A stretch of 32,000 nucleotides of DNA from Oceanicella sp. SM1341 (GTDB taxonomy: Bacteria; Pseudomonadota; Alphaproteobacteria; Rhodobacterales; Rhodobacteraceae). The stretch covers positions 6,991 to 38,990 of the forward strand of contig NZ_QRGC01000030.1 in the NCBI RefSeq assembly GCF_003448965.1, read 5' to 3'. A program made the position numbers and the translations under genes. Of this stretch, positions 17,229 through 25,833 are shown piece by piece; the stretch's first letter is position 1, and every line of letters begins with the position of its first letter. The notes under the pieces were generated by a model that had not been told where the DNA came from, made no database searches, and saw only the letters and a list, made by a program, of their open reading frames with translations.

Positions 17229-18011
17229 TCATGCCGGAATGGAAATGCCTGACAGTTTCCGACATTTTTCGATCAGCTTGTCCTGCAGATCGCAATCGCT
17301 TGCCTCGGGATTGGCAGAACGTTCACGCATGTGATGAAAATAGCGCCCCGTCACTCGGGCCGCGGCATCATCGCTCGTTGCAAGCCAGGCCTGCGTTCGA
17401 TGCGCCTCGTCCAGATCATCTGGGGCGCTGGGGCCACCCATGCGGGTTGGAACCCAGCCCGGCTCCAGCGCATTCGACAGCACCGATGTCCAGCGACGCG
17501 CTATTGCGAAAGCGAGCAATACGTCATGCAGTTTGCTCTCAGAATAGGCTTCGGAGCCATCCCATACGCGTTTGCGCCATTCCAGGTCGTCAAGGGCCGC
17601 GCCTGCCCAGTGATGCATGCCGGAGCTGAGATAGACAAGCCGATCGGGCCTTTCGATCAGGGCCGTCAGTGCATAGGGCGCCAAGACATTTACCGCAAAC
17701 ACATGCGGCAGACCCTCCTCTGTTTCGAGCCGCCGCCGCTCCCGATATCCGACCCCGGCATTGTGAATAATCGCGTTGAAGCGTCCAAGCCTGTTAACCT
17801 GTTCGGCAACTTGGCGGGCACCCGCGACACTCGAAAGATCGCCTACGACCACAGCCTCCGCCATTGGCAATGCTTGAAGGGCATCCTTGGCTCGCGCTTC
17901 GTTTCGTGCATGAAGGACGACCTGATGGCCTTGCTCGACCAGCAACTGGCCTGCCATAAGCCCAAGTCCTGTCGACGATCCGGTAATAAACACTCTGCGC
18001 ATCTGCGACAT
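17229..18011 (-). CDS. SDR family NAD(P)-dependent oxidoreductase
   Basis: Rossmann motif VFITGSSTGLG, NAG motif IHNAGV and catalytic YSESK. SD GGGGA lies upstream of the start. Confidence 0.9.
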   Translation of the reverse strand: MSQMRRVFITGSSTGLGLMAGQLLVEQGHQVVLHARNEARAKDALQALPMAEAVVVGDLSSVAGARQVAEQVNRLGRFNAIIHNAGVGYRERRRLETEEGLPHVFAVNVLAPYALTALIERPDRLVYLSSGMHHWAGAALDDLEWRKRVWDGSEAYSESKLHDVLLAFAIARRWTSVLSNALEPGWVPTRMGGPSAPDDLDEAHRTQAWLATSDDAAARVTGRYFHHMRERSANPEASDCDLQDKLIEKCRKLSGISIPA

Positions 18012-18025
18012 GTCTGTTCCCCGGC

Positions 18026-18883
18026 CTACTGAGCGACCAGTGTCTCGATCACGGTGTCGAGCGTTACGGTCCCGGTTCGGTGTTCCGCGCTGCCGCCTTC
18101 GAAATCGACCCAGCCTTCGTTGAAACCGTCAAGCATACGGATCCGCAGCGTTGGATTATTCATCCCTTGTGCGCGGAAGAGGGCTTCCCAGCTGTCGTGC
18201 GGCACGGGTTCCGTTGCCACGGGATGGCCGAGAGCCGCGGCAAAGGCCGAGGCGATGTCATTGGCGCAATAGCGTCGCGGCCCCTCGAGCTCGACAATAC
18301 GTGTTCCGCCCCAGGTTTCACGCAGGAGACTGGCTGCAGTCCGGCCGATGTCGCTTGTTGCGACCATCGGGATCGGGTGATCGAGCGGTTGCAGGAAGGA
18401 GGGAATCGTGCCCTCACGGGCGGACGCCAGATCCCATTTCGCATTGTCCATGAACCAAGCGGCGCGCAGAAAACATACCGGGATAGGGAGGGCGCGCAAT
18501 GCTTCCTCCATCATCCTCGAATTGTTGAGAAGCATCGGCTCCGCCACATGCGCGCCGACCGTCGATAGAAACAGCAGCTTGCCGGGCTGGGCGGTTTCAA
18601 CTGCCGAGGTGACGACGGCAATGATCTGCGCCGTCTGCGGAAAGCCCGGTTCAGGATCGTAGTTTGGCGGCATCAGCAGGAAGACGCCCTCGGCGCCGCC
18701 AAACGCCGCTGCCAACGCATCGGCATCAAGGATATCGGCGATGGCAATCTCACAGCCCTTCGCGGCCCAGATCGCTCCCTTTTCTGCATTGCGGACGACG
18801 GCGCGAACGGGAAGGCCCGCGTCGAGCAGAGTTTGCGCGACGATCGCTCCGACTTGTCCGGTAATACCTGTGACGACGTACAT
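18026..18883 (-). CDS. NmrA-like NAD(P)-binding protein
   Basis: The start is set at MYVVTGITGQVG (GGAGA SD upstream), which avoids overlap with the upstream SDR. It has the atypical-SDR/NmrA architecture without YxxxK. Confidence 0.8.
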   Translation of the reverse strand: MYVVTGITGQVGAIVAQTLLDAGLPVRAVVRNAEKGAIWAAKGCEIAIADILDADALAAAFGGAEGVFLLMPPNYDPEPGFPQTAQIIAVVTSAVETAQPGKLLFLSTVGAHVAEPMLLNNSRMMEEALRALPIPVCFLRAAWFMDNAKWDLASAREGTIPSFLQPLDHPIPMVATSDIGRTAASLLRETWGGTRIVELEGPRRYCANDIASAFAAALGHPVATEPVPHDSWEALFRAQGMNNPTLRIRMLDGFNEGWVDFEGGSAEHRTGTVTLDTVIETLVAQ

Positions 18884-18906
18884 CTGTGTCTCCGTGTCTT
18901 GTGAAT

Positions 18907-19644
18907 TCAGAAGGTCCAGGGCGAACCGGCATCCCATAGGGCTTGGCTCATCGCCTCAAGCTGCGAGGGATCGTCTCGCACCATTGCCCACAAATCCTCG
19001 GCGGCCTGATCTGCGTAGACGTGATCGATGCGGCTCGCGAGACCATCGAGAGTCCGCTCCGCGACCTGGGAGGGCGGAGTCTTTTCTGCCTCGACGGCGG
19101 CGGCCATCGCCGTATCGATAAACCCAGCATAAACGCCAACGACGTCGATGTTCTGGGCCTTGAGCTGCACTCTCAGGGCGTTGGTGATCGCCAGGCCGGC
19201 AAATTTCGTGGCGCAATAGGTGGCGTTGAACGGATAGACATACCAGCTAACGACCGAGAGCATATTCGCGATCGCACCGCCGCCGTTTTGCGCGATGACA
19301 GGCGCGAAGGCCTGTGCCATGCGAAGCATACCGAAGACGTTGACCTCCAGTTCAGTGCGGAGCGCCGTTTCTGCCTGCGGATCGAGGATAGGCGTGGCGA
19401 GCATGGTGCCAGCGTTGTTGATCAAAAGATTCACATCGGGACATGCAGCGACGGCCGCCGTAATGTGCTCAGGCGAGGTTACGTCGAGTTGCAGCGACGT
19501 CACGCGGTGATCCGTGATCGTCGAGGGATCGCGGGCACCAGCATAAACTTTTGCCGCGCCGCGCGCGATCAGCGCGTCAGCATAGGCTTTCCCGAGTCCG
19601 CGATTAGCGCCCGTCACGAGGGCTGTGCAGCCTTTAATATCCAT
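18907..19644 (-). CDS. SDR family oxidoreductase
   Basis: Motifs ALVTGANRGLG, NNAG and YCATK; 245 aa. Confidence 0.9.
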   Translation of the reverse strand: MDIKGCTALVTGANRGLGKAYADALIARGAAKVYAGARDPSTITDHRVTSLQLDVTSPEHITAAVAACPDVNLLINNAGTMLATPILDPQAETALRTELEVNVFGMLRMAQAFAPVIAQNGGGAIANMLSVVSWYVYPFNATYCATKFAGLAITNALRVQLKAQNIDVVGVYAGFIDTAMAAAVEAEKTPPSQVAERTLDGLASRIDHVYADQAAEDLWAMVRDDPSQLEAMSQALWDAGSPWTF

Positions 19645-19772
19645 TGCTCACTCCATTTGAGTGCATGGATACAACAGTGAGCAGAGAGACTTTAGTGCGC
19701 CTTTGTCAGCACATTGATGACGGAATGGGTGGAATGATTGGGTTATGCGCAACCATGTGCTTGAAGAACCCG

Positions 19773-20717
19773 TTACCCGGCGTTGTGGCGTTGCGCTCGC
19801 GCAATCTCGCTACAGAAGTCGATGAAGGCGCGAACTTTGGCAGCAGGATGCCGACGGGACGGATGGACGATGTACAGCGGGAACCTCTCTCCGGGCCAAT
19901 CGGGAAACAGTTCGATCAGATCGCCCCTATCCAACAGGTCCTGAATGCCGAACGCCATGACCTGGGCAATTCCCGCGCCCGCGAGGCAAGCGCCCAGCAT
20001 CGTTCCCACATCTGTGACAAGTAGTGGCCCCGATGTCCGGACCGGGGCGATCTTCTTCCCGCGATGCAACTCCCACTCGAAGGGGCGGCCGGTCAATGGA
20101 TCCCGGTATTGAATGCAGGCGTGCTTCATCAAGTCTGACGGCGTCGACGGTCGACCGTGTGCCGCCAAATAAGACGGAGCCGCAACTGTGAGGATACGGG
20201 TCTCGACGAGGAGCCGCGTGATTTTCGACGACCCGGCCTGCGGCCCGAACCGAACGGCAACGTCAATCCCTTCCGCGACCAGGTCGCCCATCACATCGCT
20301 GGTGAACAGCTCAATACTTATGTCAGGATATCTTCGGAGAAACTCCGACAGTCGCGGCGCCAGTACGAGCCGCGAGAAATAGGGATCCACGTTTACGCGC
20401 AGCCGGCCCCGCACGGTTTTCGAGGAACCGGAGGCCAGAATCGCCGCTTCCTCGATACCGTCGAGATGCGGCAGGACGTCCCCGTACAAACGTGCACCCT
20501 CATCGGTTAGATGAAGTGCCCGCGTCGTCCGGTCGAGAAGTCGCACACCGATGCGGCTTTCCAACCGCGAGACTGCTCTGCTGACGCCGGACGCGGAAAG
20601 GCCAAGTACCTCGGCGGCCTTCACGAAACTGCCATTCTCCACCACGGCCGCCAGAACGCTCACGCCGGCCAATATCCTTCCGTCAAACGCCATCATCAAT
20701 TCCGCACTATTTGTCAT
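19773..20717 (-). CDS. LysR family transcriptional regulator
   Basis: wHTH FVKAAEVLGLSASGVSRAVSRLESRIGVRLLDRTTR followed by a CrgA-like substrate-binding domain ending in AKVRAFIDF. The start could instead be the Met at 20696 or 20693. Confidence 0.88.
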   Translation of the reverse strand: MTNSAELMMAFDGRILAGVSVLAAVVENGSFVKAAEVLGLSASGVSRAVSRLESRIGVRLLDRTTRALHLTDEGARLYGDVLPHLDGIEEAAILASGSSKTVRGRLRVNVDPYFSRLVLAPRLSEFLRRYPDISIELFTSDVMGDLVAEGIDVAVRFGPQAGSSKITRLLVETRILTVAAPSYLAAHGRPSTPSDLMKHACIQYRDPLTGRPFEWELHRGKKIAPVRTSGPLLVTDVGTMLGACLAGAGIAQVMAFGIQDLLDRGDLIELFPDWPGERFPLYIVHPSRRHPAAKVRAFIDFCSEIARAQRHNAG

Positions 20718-20730
20718 GAATTATATGACA
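20712..20730. promoter_or_regulatory. Perfect 6-bp inverted repeat TGTCAT-N7-ATGACA at the LysR start / divergent promoter region
   Basis: The repeat is read directly from the sequence. It overlaps the ATG at 20715-20717, and the minus strand carries TATAAT within the spacer. Confidence 0.35.
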
Positions 20731-20902
20731 GAAGGGCGTTTGGATCAAAAGTGAAAATCAGACCATGATCTCGCGCAGCGTAATCGAGAGAACAAGAATG
20801 GTCCAAAAGCAAGTCGGCCACGGCCGAGAGGAAGTAGCGACTCCGGGCGCCTCACAGGAATGTCCATTGGTCCGTGAGCCATCGGCACCAGAACGAGGGG
20901 AA

Positions 20903-21727
20903 ATGGCCAGCCCCCTCATGCTCGGCTTGCTGACCGCAAGCGCGGCGCTCGTCGCGGCGGGAAGCTATTTTGCTCAGCCCATCGCTTACACGATTAGCGA
21001 CACTCTCGGGATATCGAGCATAGTTGCCGGGTTCGTCGTTACCGTAGGACAAATCGGTTATGTAATCGGCTTGCTCTTTCTCATGCCGTTGGGCGATCTG
21101 ATCGAGATCCGTCGGTTCCTCTCTGTCTTGCTCGTCGGATCCATCGCCTGCCTCGTCGCCATAGCGATCGCTCCGAACAGCACGACATTCTTCGTTGCGT
21201 GCCTTGGGATCGGCATTTCCTCCGTCTCGGTGCAAATTCTTGTCATGCTTGCCGCGTTCATGAGTTCGAGCGAGCGGCGGGGACAGGCTGTTGGGACCGT
21301 AACTGGCGGGCTCTTGATCGGTATCCTTCTTGCCTGGCCTGTTGCCACCTTCGTTTCGGCCCGTCTGGGTTGGCGCGCGCTCTATGGGCTGGACGCTTTG
21401 GTTTTCACGATACTCGCCACCGCGTTGCGTCGGTCGCTTCCGTCACGTCGGGTTCATACACAGCAGCGCTATGTGACGCTCGTCAGGTCGCTTTCGCAGC
21501 TATGGGTGGGCGAGCCGGAATTACGACATCGGGCCATACGGCAAGCCTTGCTCTTCTTCGGATTCAGCCTCTACTGGACGACGGTGCCCGTCGAACTGCG
21601 CGAACAGAACGGCCTGGGTCCGAACGGGATTGCTCTGTTCGGCCTGATCGGTGGTGCCGGCGCGCTCGTCGCTGTATCTATGCAGCAACAAAGGCTGCGA
21701 TCCGCAATTTCGCCCGGAGCTGGATGA
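20903..21727 (+). pseudogene. MFS transporter, 3'-truncated (about 8 TM segments retained), reading into foreign sequence
   Basis: GAGGGG SD precedes the ATG at 20903. The sequence is MFS-like (GQIGYVIGLLFLMPLGDLIE, SSERRGQAVGTVTGGLLIGILL). Recognisable similarity ends near 21672 after GLIGGAGALVA, followed by 18 unrelated codons and a stop. Confidence 0.7.
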
Positions 21728-21981
21728 TCGAGTTGGCGCCTCGACATATCCGCGTCAACGTACTGGCGCCGGGTGCAACGTCCACACCCGGTTGGCATGG
21801 TCTCGCCCCCGACGAGAAGACCCATCAGGCGATGCTGGATAGCGTAGCCCGCACGACGCCGTGGGGCGAGCTCGGAGACCCCGCCGATGTGGCCGCAGCC
21901 GCGCTCTTCCTCGCGTCCGATGATGCCCGCTTCGTCAACGGCAGCGAGCTCTTCGCCGATGGTGGCTCCGCTCAAATCTAG
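21673..21981 (+). pseudogene. SDR oxidoreductase, 3' fragment only (starts at the catalytic YxxxK)
   Basis: This is a different frame from the MFS ORF. It reads IYAATKAAIRNFARSWMIELAPRHIRVNVLAPGATSTPG...FLASDDARFVNGSELFADGGSAQI. The Rossmann N-terminal half is absent. Confidence 0.75.
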
Positions 21982-22032
21982 CCGGCGGACGCATGCACTC
22001 ATCGCAATACACGTCCATTCAAAGGAGGTCAC

Positions 22033-22458
22033 ATGTCGCAGATCGATCCTCTTTCCATCGCGCACGAATTCCTGCACCGGCTCGGTTCAGGAGCTGAGCC
22101 GGCAGCCGTCGCCGAACTATTCGCAGAAGATATAGTGTGGGAGATTCCCGGCGATACCCGCGCCTTCCCCTGGATCGGCCAACAGTCCGGGCGCCAAGCA
22201 GTGCTTACTTTCCTAAGAGAGACGTCAGCTCGAATAGAGAGGGTTAGACTCGACGTTGACGACGTACTGGCGAACGAGAAGCGAGCAGTGATTCTGGGTT
22301 CTCTCGCTTCGCGCGTTAGAAGCACCGGAAAGCTGATCGAAACAAGCTTCGCTATTGTCCTTACCATCCAGGAGGGGCAGATTGCACATTTCCAAATGTT
22401 GGAGGACAGCTTCGCGGTTTCATGCGCAGCTACATTGGGAAAATCGGAGAATCGCTAG
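22033..22458 (+). CDS. SnoaL-like / NTF2-fold (ketosteroid isomerase-like) protein
   Basis: 141 aa with a strong AGGAGG SD. The sequence pattern AHEFLHRLGSG..AELFAEDIVWEIPG...GKLIETSFAIVLTIQEGQIAHFQMLEDS is typical of the NTF2-like family. Confidence 0.7.
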   Translation: MSQIDPLSIAHEFLHRLGSGAEPAAVAELFAEDIVWEIPGDTRAFPWIGQQSGRQAVLTFLRETSARIERVRLDVDDVLANEKRAVILGSLASRVRSTGKLIETSFAIVLTIQEGQIAHFQMLEDSFAVSCAATLGKSENR

Positions 22459-22495
22459 TTTCCATTCAGGATGCGAGCCACCATCCGCTTATCGA

Positions 22496-22517
22496 TGCAA
22501 CCGCGCGCTGGGTTGCA
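22496..22517. terminator. Hairpin between convergent genes (TGCAACC-N8-GGTTGCA)
   Basis: A 7-bp GC-rich stem read from the sequence, lying between the 3' ends of the SnoaL-like and 2-hydroxyacid dehydrogenase genes. There is no clear U-tract. Confidence 0.3.
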
Positions 22518-22542
22518 GGGAACCGAACTGAAGAAAAGTAAC

Positions 22543-23568
22543 CTATCCGTTCTTCGCCCAGCGCCGCAACCAGACCTCGCGAACAGCTTGGTTACGAAGG
22601 CGCAGCGGTAACTCGCCTTTCAGAAGATGCGTTACGTTCTCAATGGCGAGGCGGATCAGTCCCGTACCTGTCTCCCGTGTCTGGCCGACGCGATGAGGTG
22701 TAAGAACGGCGTTCGGAAGCGAGCGTAGTGCGCTGGTCGGCGGCAACGGTTCTTCCTCGAAGACGTCAAGGGCAATCCTGCCGATCCGTCCTTCGCGCAC
22801 GGCATCGCAAAGCGCTGCTTCATCCACGATGCCGCCGCGCGCCGTATTGACGAGAATCGCGTCCGGCTTAACCAGCTTCAACGCTTCGCGATCCAGTAGA
22901 TGACGCGTTTCATCATTCAGGCCGAGATGGATCGAGATGATATCGCTTTCGTGCAGGAGCGTTGGTAGATCGATGGTCTGAACGTGAGGATTGGCGATCG
23001 GACTGCGGTTATAGACTAATAGTCGCACGCCCCAAGGTGCGAGCAGGTCCGCGACGCGGCGGCCGATATCTCCGAAGCCGATAATGCCGACCGTGCGCCC
23101 CCGCATCATCCGTGCCGAGGGGATGGCAGGTCGCGGCAGGCTATTGCGCAGCGCGTCCTCGCTGCCATGCAGGTCGTAGAGGCAAGCGAGCATCAGCATC
23201 ACGGTCGCTTCGGCGATGCTCTGGCTGTTCTCGTCCGCCTGGCCATTGGCAACCGCGATCCCGAGATCCGTAGCGGCGGCTTCATCGAAACCTTCGGTTC
23301 CGGTCCAGGGGCTCACCACGCCACGCAACCGCTGATTGGACGCCATGAGATCGCGCGAGCAGGGAAAGGTGCCATAGGCGAGAAGGACGTCGGTCGATCG
23401 CCATAACTCCGCCGTCGCGTCGAGGTCGCCGGAACTGCGAAGATGCGTCACCTGCTCGACTTTCGCGCGGATTGCTTCCTCCATCTTGCTAATCAGAGCG
23501 GCCGAGGACGGCTCGCTGAGGATCAGGACATGACCCGGAATACGCGAAGTCTCGGCCGGTTCGTCCAT
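22543..23568 (-). CDS. D-isomer-specific 2-hydroxyacid dehydrogenase family protein
   Basis: NAD motif GRTVGIIGFGDIGRRVA, plus NTARGGIVDEAAL, LDVFEEEP and TPH. The start is set at MDEPAETS, 1 nt after the upstream SDR stop. Confidence 0.88.
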   Translation of the reverse strand: MDEPAETSRIPGHVLILSEPSSAALISKMEEAIRAKVEQVTHLRSSGDLDATAELWRSTDVLLAYGTFPCSRDLMASNQRLRGVVSPWTGTEGFDEAAATDLGIAVANGQADENSQSIAEATVMLMLACLYDLHGSEDALRNSLPRPAIPSARMMRGRTVGIIGFGDIGRRVADLLAPWGVRLLVYNRSPIANPHVQTIDLPTLLHESDIISIHLGLNDETRHLLDREALKLVKPDAILVNTARGGIVDEAALCDAVREGRIGRIALDVFEEEPLPPTSALRSLPNAVLTPHRVGQTRETGTGLIRLAIENVTHLLKGELPLRLRNQAVREVWLRRWAKNG

Positions 23569-23569
23569 A

Positions 23570-24304
23570 TCACCATGCCCTCGCGCCGTCGGCTGTGAAA
23601 AATCCGCCAGATGGACCGTCATCACCGATCAACGCGTACTCCACAGCCGGGCGAACGCCTTCCTCGATGGAAAGGTAGCCGCCGCCCTGATTCATCTCCG
23701 TCATGACATAGCCCGGGCAAACCGCGTTCACCTTGATCGGTGTATCGCGCAGTTCGTAGGCGAGTTGAACCGTCAGCATGTTGACCGCTGCCTTCGAGGC
23801 ACAATAGCCCAGCCATTTGTTGTCCGGCACTGGGCAATTCGGATCGGTGTTCCACCACAGTGAGCCGAGGCTGCTCGAAACGTTGACGATCCGCCCGGCG
23901 CGCGACTTACGAAGAAGCGGCAGCATCTTCTGAGTGACAATCGCAGTGGCAATAAAGTTGATCTCGATAGTCTCGCGCATCGCAACCGGATCGGCAACGC
24001 TCGGGAAGCCATCCTTCTCCAGCAACAAGATGCCGGCATTGTTGACGAGGATGTCGAGGCGACCATGGCGCTGCTCGATCTCTTCCGCAGCGCTGCTTAT
24101 CGAGGCTTCGTCCTTCAGGTCGATCCGTATGACCGACACGTCAAGCCCGTCGTCGCGGAGTAAGGCGGCTTGCGTCTCACCCGCTTCGATATTCCTCGCA
24201 CCCAGGAGCACGGTCACGCCTTGCTGGCCAAGTTGGCGCGCCGTCTCCAAGCCCAAGCCACGCGTTGCGCCTGTCACCAAAGCTATGCGTTTGTTGTCGG
24301 TCAT
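23570..24304 (-). CDS. SDR family oxidoreductase (carbonyl-reductase-like)
   Basis: Motifs ALVTGATRGLG, NNAG and YCASKAA. SD GAGGTG lies upstream of the start. Confidence 0.9.
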   Translation of the reverse strand: MTDNKRIALVTGATRGLGLETARQLGQQGVTVLLGARNIEAGETQAALLRDDGLDVSVIRIDLKDEASISSAAEEIEQRHGRLDILVNNAGILLLEKDGFPSVADPVAMRETIEINFIATAIVTQKMLPLLRKSRAGRIVNVSSSLGSLWWNTDPNCPVPDNKWLGYCASKAAVNMLTVQLAYELRDTPIKVNAVCPGYVMTEMNQGGGYLSIEEGVRPAVEYALIGDDGPSGGFFTADGARAW

Positions 24305-24339
24305 TCTTCACCTCATCACCGTTCGATGGAGGCAAAATA

Positions 24340-24360
24340 TGTCACTTACTGACAAATGTC
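24340..24360. promoter_or_regulatory. Operator-like motif copy A (TGTCACTTACTGACAAATGTC) inside a TTGACA-N17-TATTTT promoter for the SDR operon
   Basis: It matches the copy upstream of tetR at 18 of 21 positions. It contains TGTCA-N5-TGACA and TGACA-N2-TGTC dyads. On the minus strand the -35 is TTGACA (24362-24357) and the -10 is TATTTT (24339-24334). Confidence 0.5.
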
Positions 24361-24382
24361 AATTTGCGACAAATATTGTGAT

Positions 24383-24694
24383 CTAATGGCTACCCGTCGC
24401 GAGATTGTTAAACGAGAAGCTCCACCGCTTCACCTGAGTGAAAATGTATAGGCCCTCGCTGACGAATGGATCACCCGCCACCAGGGCTTCGGCTTCGTCG
24501 AGCGACTCTGCATCCAGAACCATAAGAGAGCCGTCCATGTTGTCGCGAGCATCGAACAGCGCGCCAGCAAAAACGAGTTTCTCACCAAGGCTTTTCAGAT
24601 ACGCGAAATGACGATCCCGCAAGACAAGCCGTTGGTCGCCGGCATTAGGATTGTCTTGCGCAGTAACAGCATAGTACATTGGGCTCGTTCTCAT
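24383..24694 (-). CDS. YciI family protein
   Basis: The sequence MYYAVTAQDNPN...RDRHFAYLKSLGEKLVFAGAL...GSLMVLDAESLDEAEALVAGDPF is typical of YciI. The start is ambiguous (24694, 24679 or 24754). Confidence 0.75.
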   Translation of the reverse strand: MRTSPMYYAVTAQDNPNAGDQRLVLRDRHFAYLKSLGEKLVFAGALFDARDNMDGSLMVLDAESLDEAEALVAGDPFVSEGLYIFTQVKRWSFSFNNLATGSH

Positions 24695-24760
24695 ATAGTT
24701 TTCAGGGTCAAGTGGGGGCGGCAGTTGAGATTTTCCTTGAGGCTTCCCCTGCACCGGCTC

Positions 24761-25345
24761 TCATACCCGCGCTGGTCTTACGACCGAGCTGGCATCTTCG
24801 AATATGTCGAGAAGCGCTTGCCGGCCCTCGGCGGCCACCCAGGCATGAATTGTGGCCCGGATCATCGCGAACACGGTGCCGGTCAATACGTCGCATGAAA
24901 GCGCATCCGGCGCGTCCCTGCCGGGACGCCCTCTCAGGATTGTCACTACATCCTGTGCCAGTGCTTCCATCATCTGCTGTTTGCGCGCCGCGACGGATGG
25001 CGATGTGGCAATCACGCGCTCAATGGCGAGGAAGAAGTGGGCCCGAGCCTGATAGGAGGCGAGCATAGCCCGCGCCGAGGCGAGGAGGGTGTCGAAAGGT
25101 GGCGCCATAGCCTCCCGCTTCACAAGGGCATCTCGAAAGACACCCATGCCATCCTCCACCCAGCTTACAATCACGTCTTCCTTGGTGGGAAAATATCGGA
25201 GCAGAGTGCGAGGCGACACCTGCACCTCGTCGGCAATCTGGTTGATGGTGGTCTGCTCGAACCCGTGGCGCGAGATCAGCGCCAAAGCCGCCTCGAGCAG
25301 TTGGGTTTTGGTTCGGTCCTTCTTTGCCTCACGCAGGCCGGACAA
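24761..25345 (-). CDS. TetR/AcrR family transcriptional regulator
   Basis: The HTH is TQLLEAALALISRHGFEQTTINQIADEVQVSPRTLLRYFPTKEDV. The start is a TTG preceded by GAGGAG with a 7 nt spacer. Confidence 0.9.
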   Translation of the reverse strand: MSGLREAKKDRTKTQLLEAALALISRHGFEQTTINQIADEVQVSPRTLLRYFPTKEDVIVSWVEDGMGVFRDALVKREAMAPPFDTLLASARAMLASYQARAHFFLAIERVIATSPSVAARKQQMMEALAQDVVTILRGRPGRDAPDALSCDVLTGTVFAMIRATIHAWVAAEGRQALLDIFEDASSVVRPARV

Positions 25346-25377
25346 TTATCTGCTCCTCGGCATCTTGCAAACGGAAG

Positions 25378-25398
25378 TGTCATTCATTGACAAATGTC
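25378..25398. promoter_or_regulatory. Operator-like motif copy B (TGTCATTCATTGACAAATGTC) upstream of tetR
   Basis: It lies 33 nt upstream of the tetR start and matches copy A at 18 of 21 positions. On the minus strand TTGACA (25410-25405) is followed after 17 nt by ATGAAT. Confidence 0.5.
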
Positions 25399-25452
25399 GC
25401 TCGATGTCAATCCCTTCAGTCCCTTATTTAGAATGCTATCAATCCCGCGAGT

Positions 25453-25809
25453 GTGGCATTTACTACTTGCCGACACGGACGGTGGCGAACCGCAACGTGC
25501 CCGCGAAGCAGTCCATTCTGTTTGAACTGGGTGGGATCGCTTCGCCCAAATACTCAGCACGCTATGATCGCTCGAAAACTCTCCGACATGACGCTGCAAG
25601 AATACATCTGCTTGCGCCGGGAGCTGGGCTTTGCCTATGCGCTGGACCGGCGCTCGCAAGAAGAGGTGACACATTGCGATGGAATTGGATTGCCCCAATG
25701 GTCCTTGCCCAGACCGGCCTTCTGCGCGTGCTACGCGAGCCGCAAGCAGATCGACCCGGGCCTGCGCGAGTTGATCGTAATGATCCGCAGGCGCGACGGC
25801 CTGGTCTGA
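25453..25809 (+). pseudogene. LysR-family regulator, 3' remnant (C-terminal substrate-binding part only)
   Basis: The tail LPQWSLPRPAFCACYASRKQIDPGLRELIVMIRRRDG aligns by eye with LPGWASEGAPLTIYYPSRRQVPPGLHELIAMIRVEQG of the LysR at 29980-30957. No HTH-encoding 5' part is present. Confidence 0.55.
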
Positions 25810-25833
25810 GGTGCGAGTCCCGACCGCGTTGGT

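Noticed and set aside
18943-19680. 245-aa plus-strand ORF
   Set aside because: It is an exact antisense shadow of the SDR gene at 18907-19644, which carries the TGxxxGxG, NNAG and YxxxK motifs.
25540-25640. Possible N-terminal fragment of a tyrosine recombinase (YICLRRELGF resembles the Y-L-x-L-R-R-x-L-G-F integrase N-terminal pattern)
   Set aside because: The same frame continues colinearly into a clear LysR C-terminus that is paralogous to the LysR at 29980. The segment fits the LysR GLGIA region, so the integrase reading is not needed.
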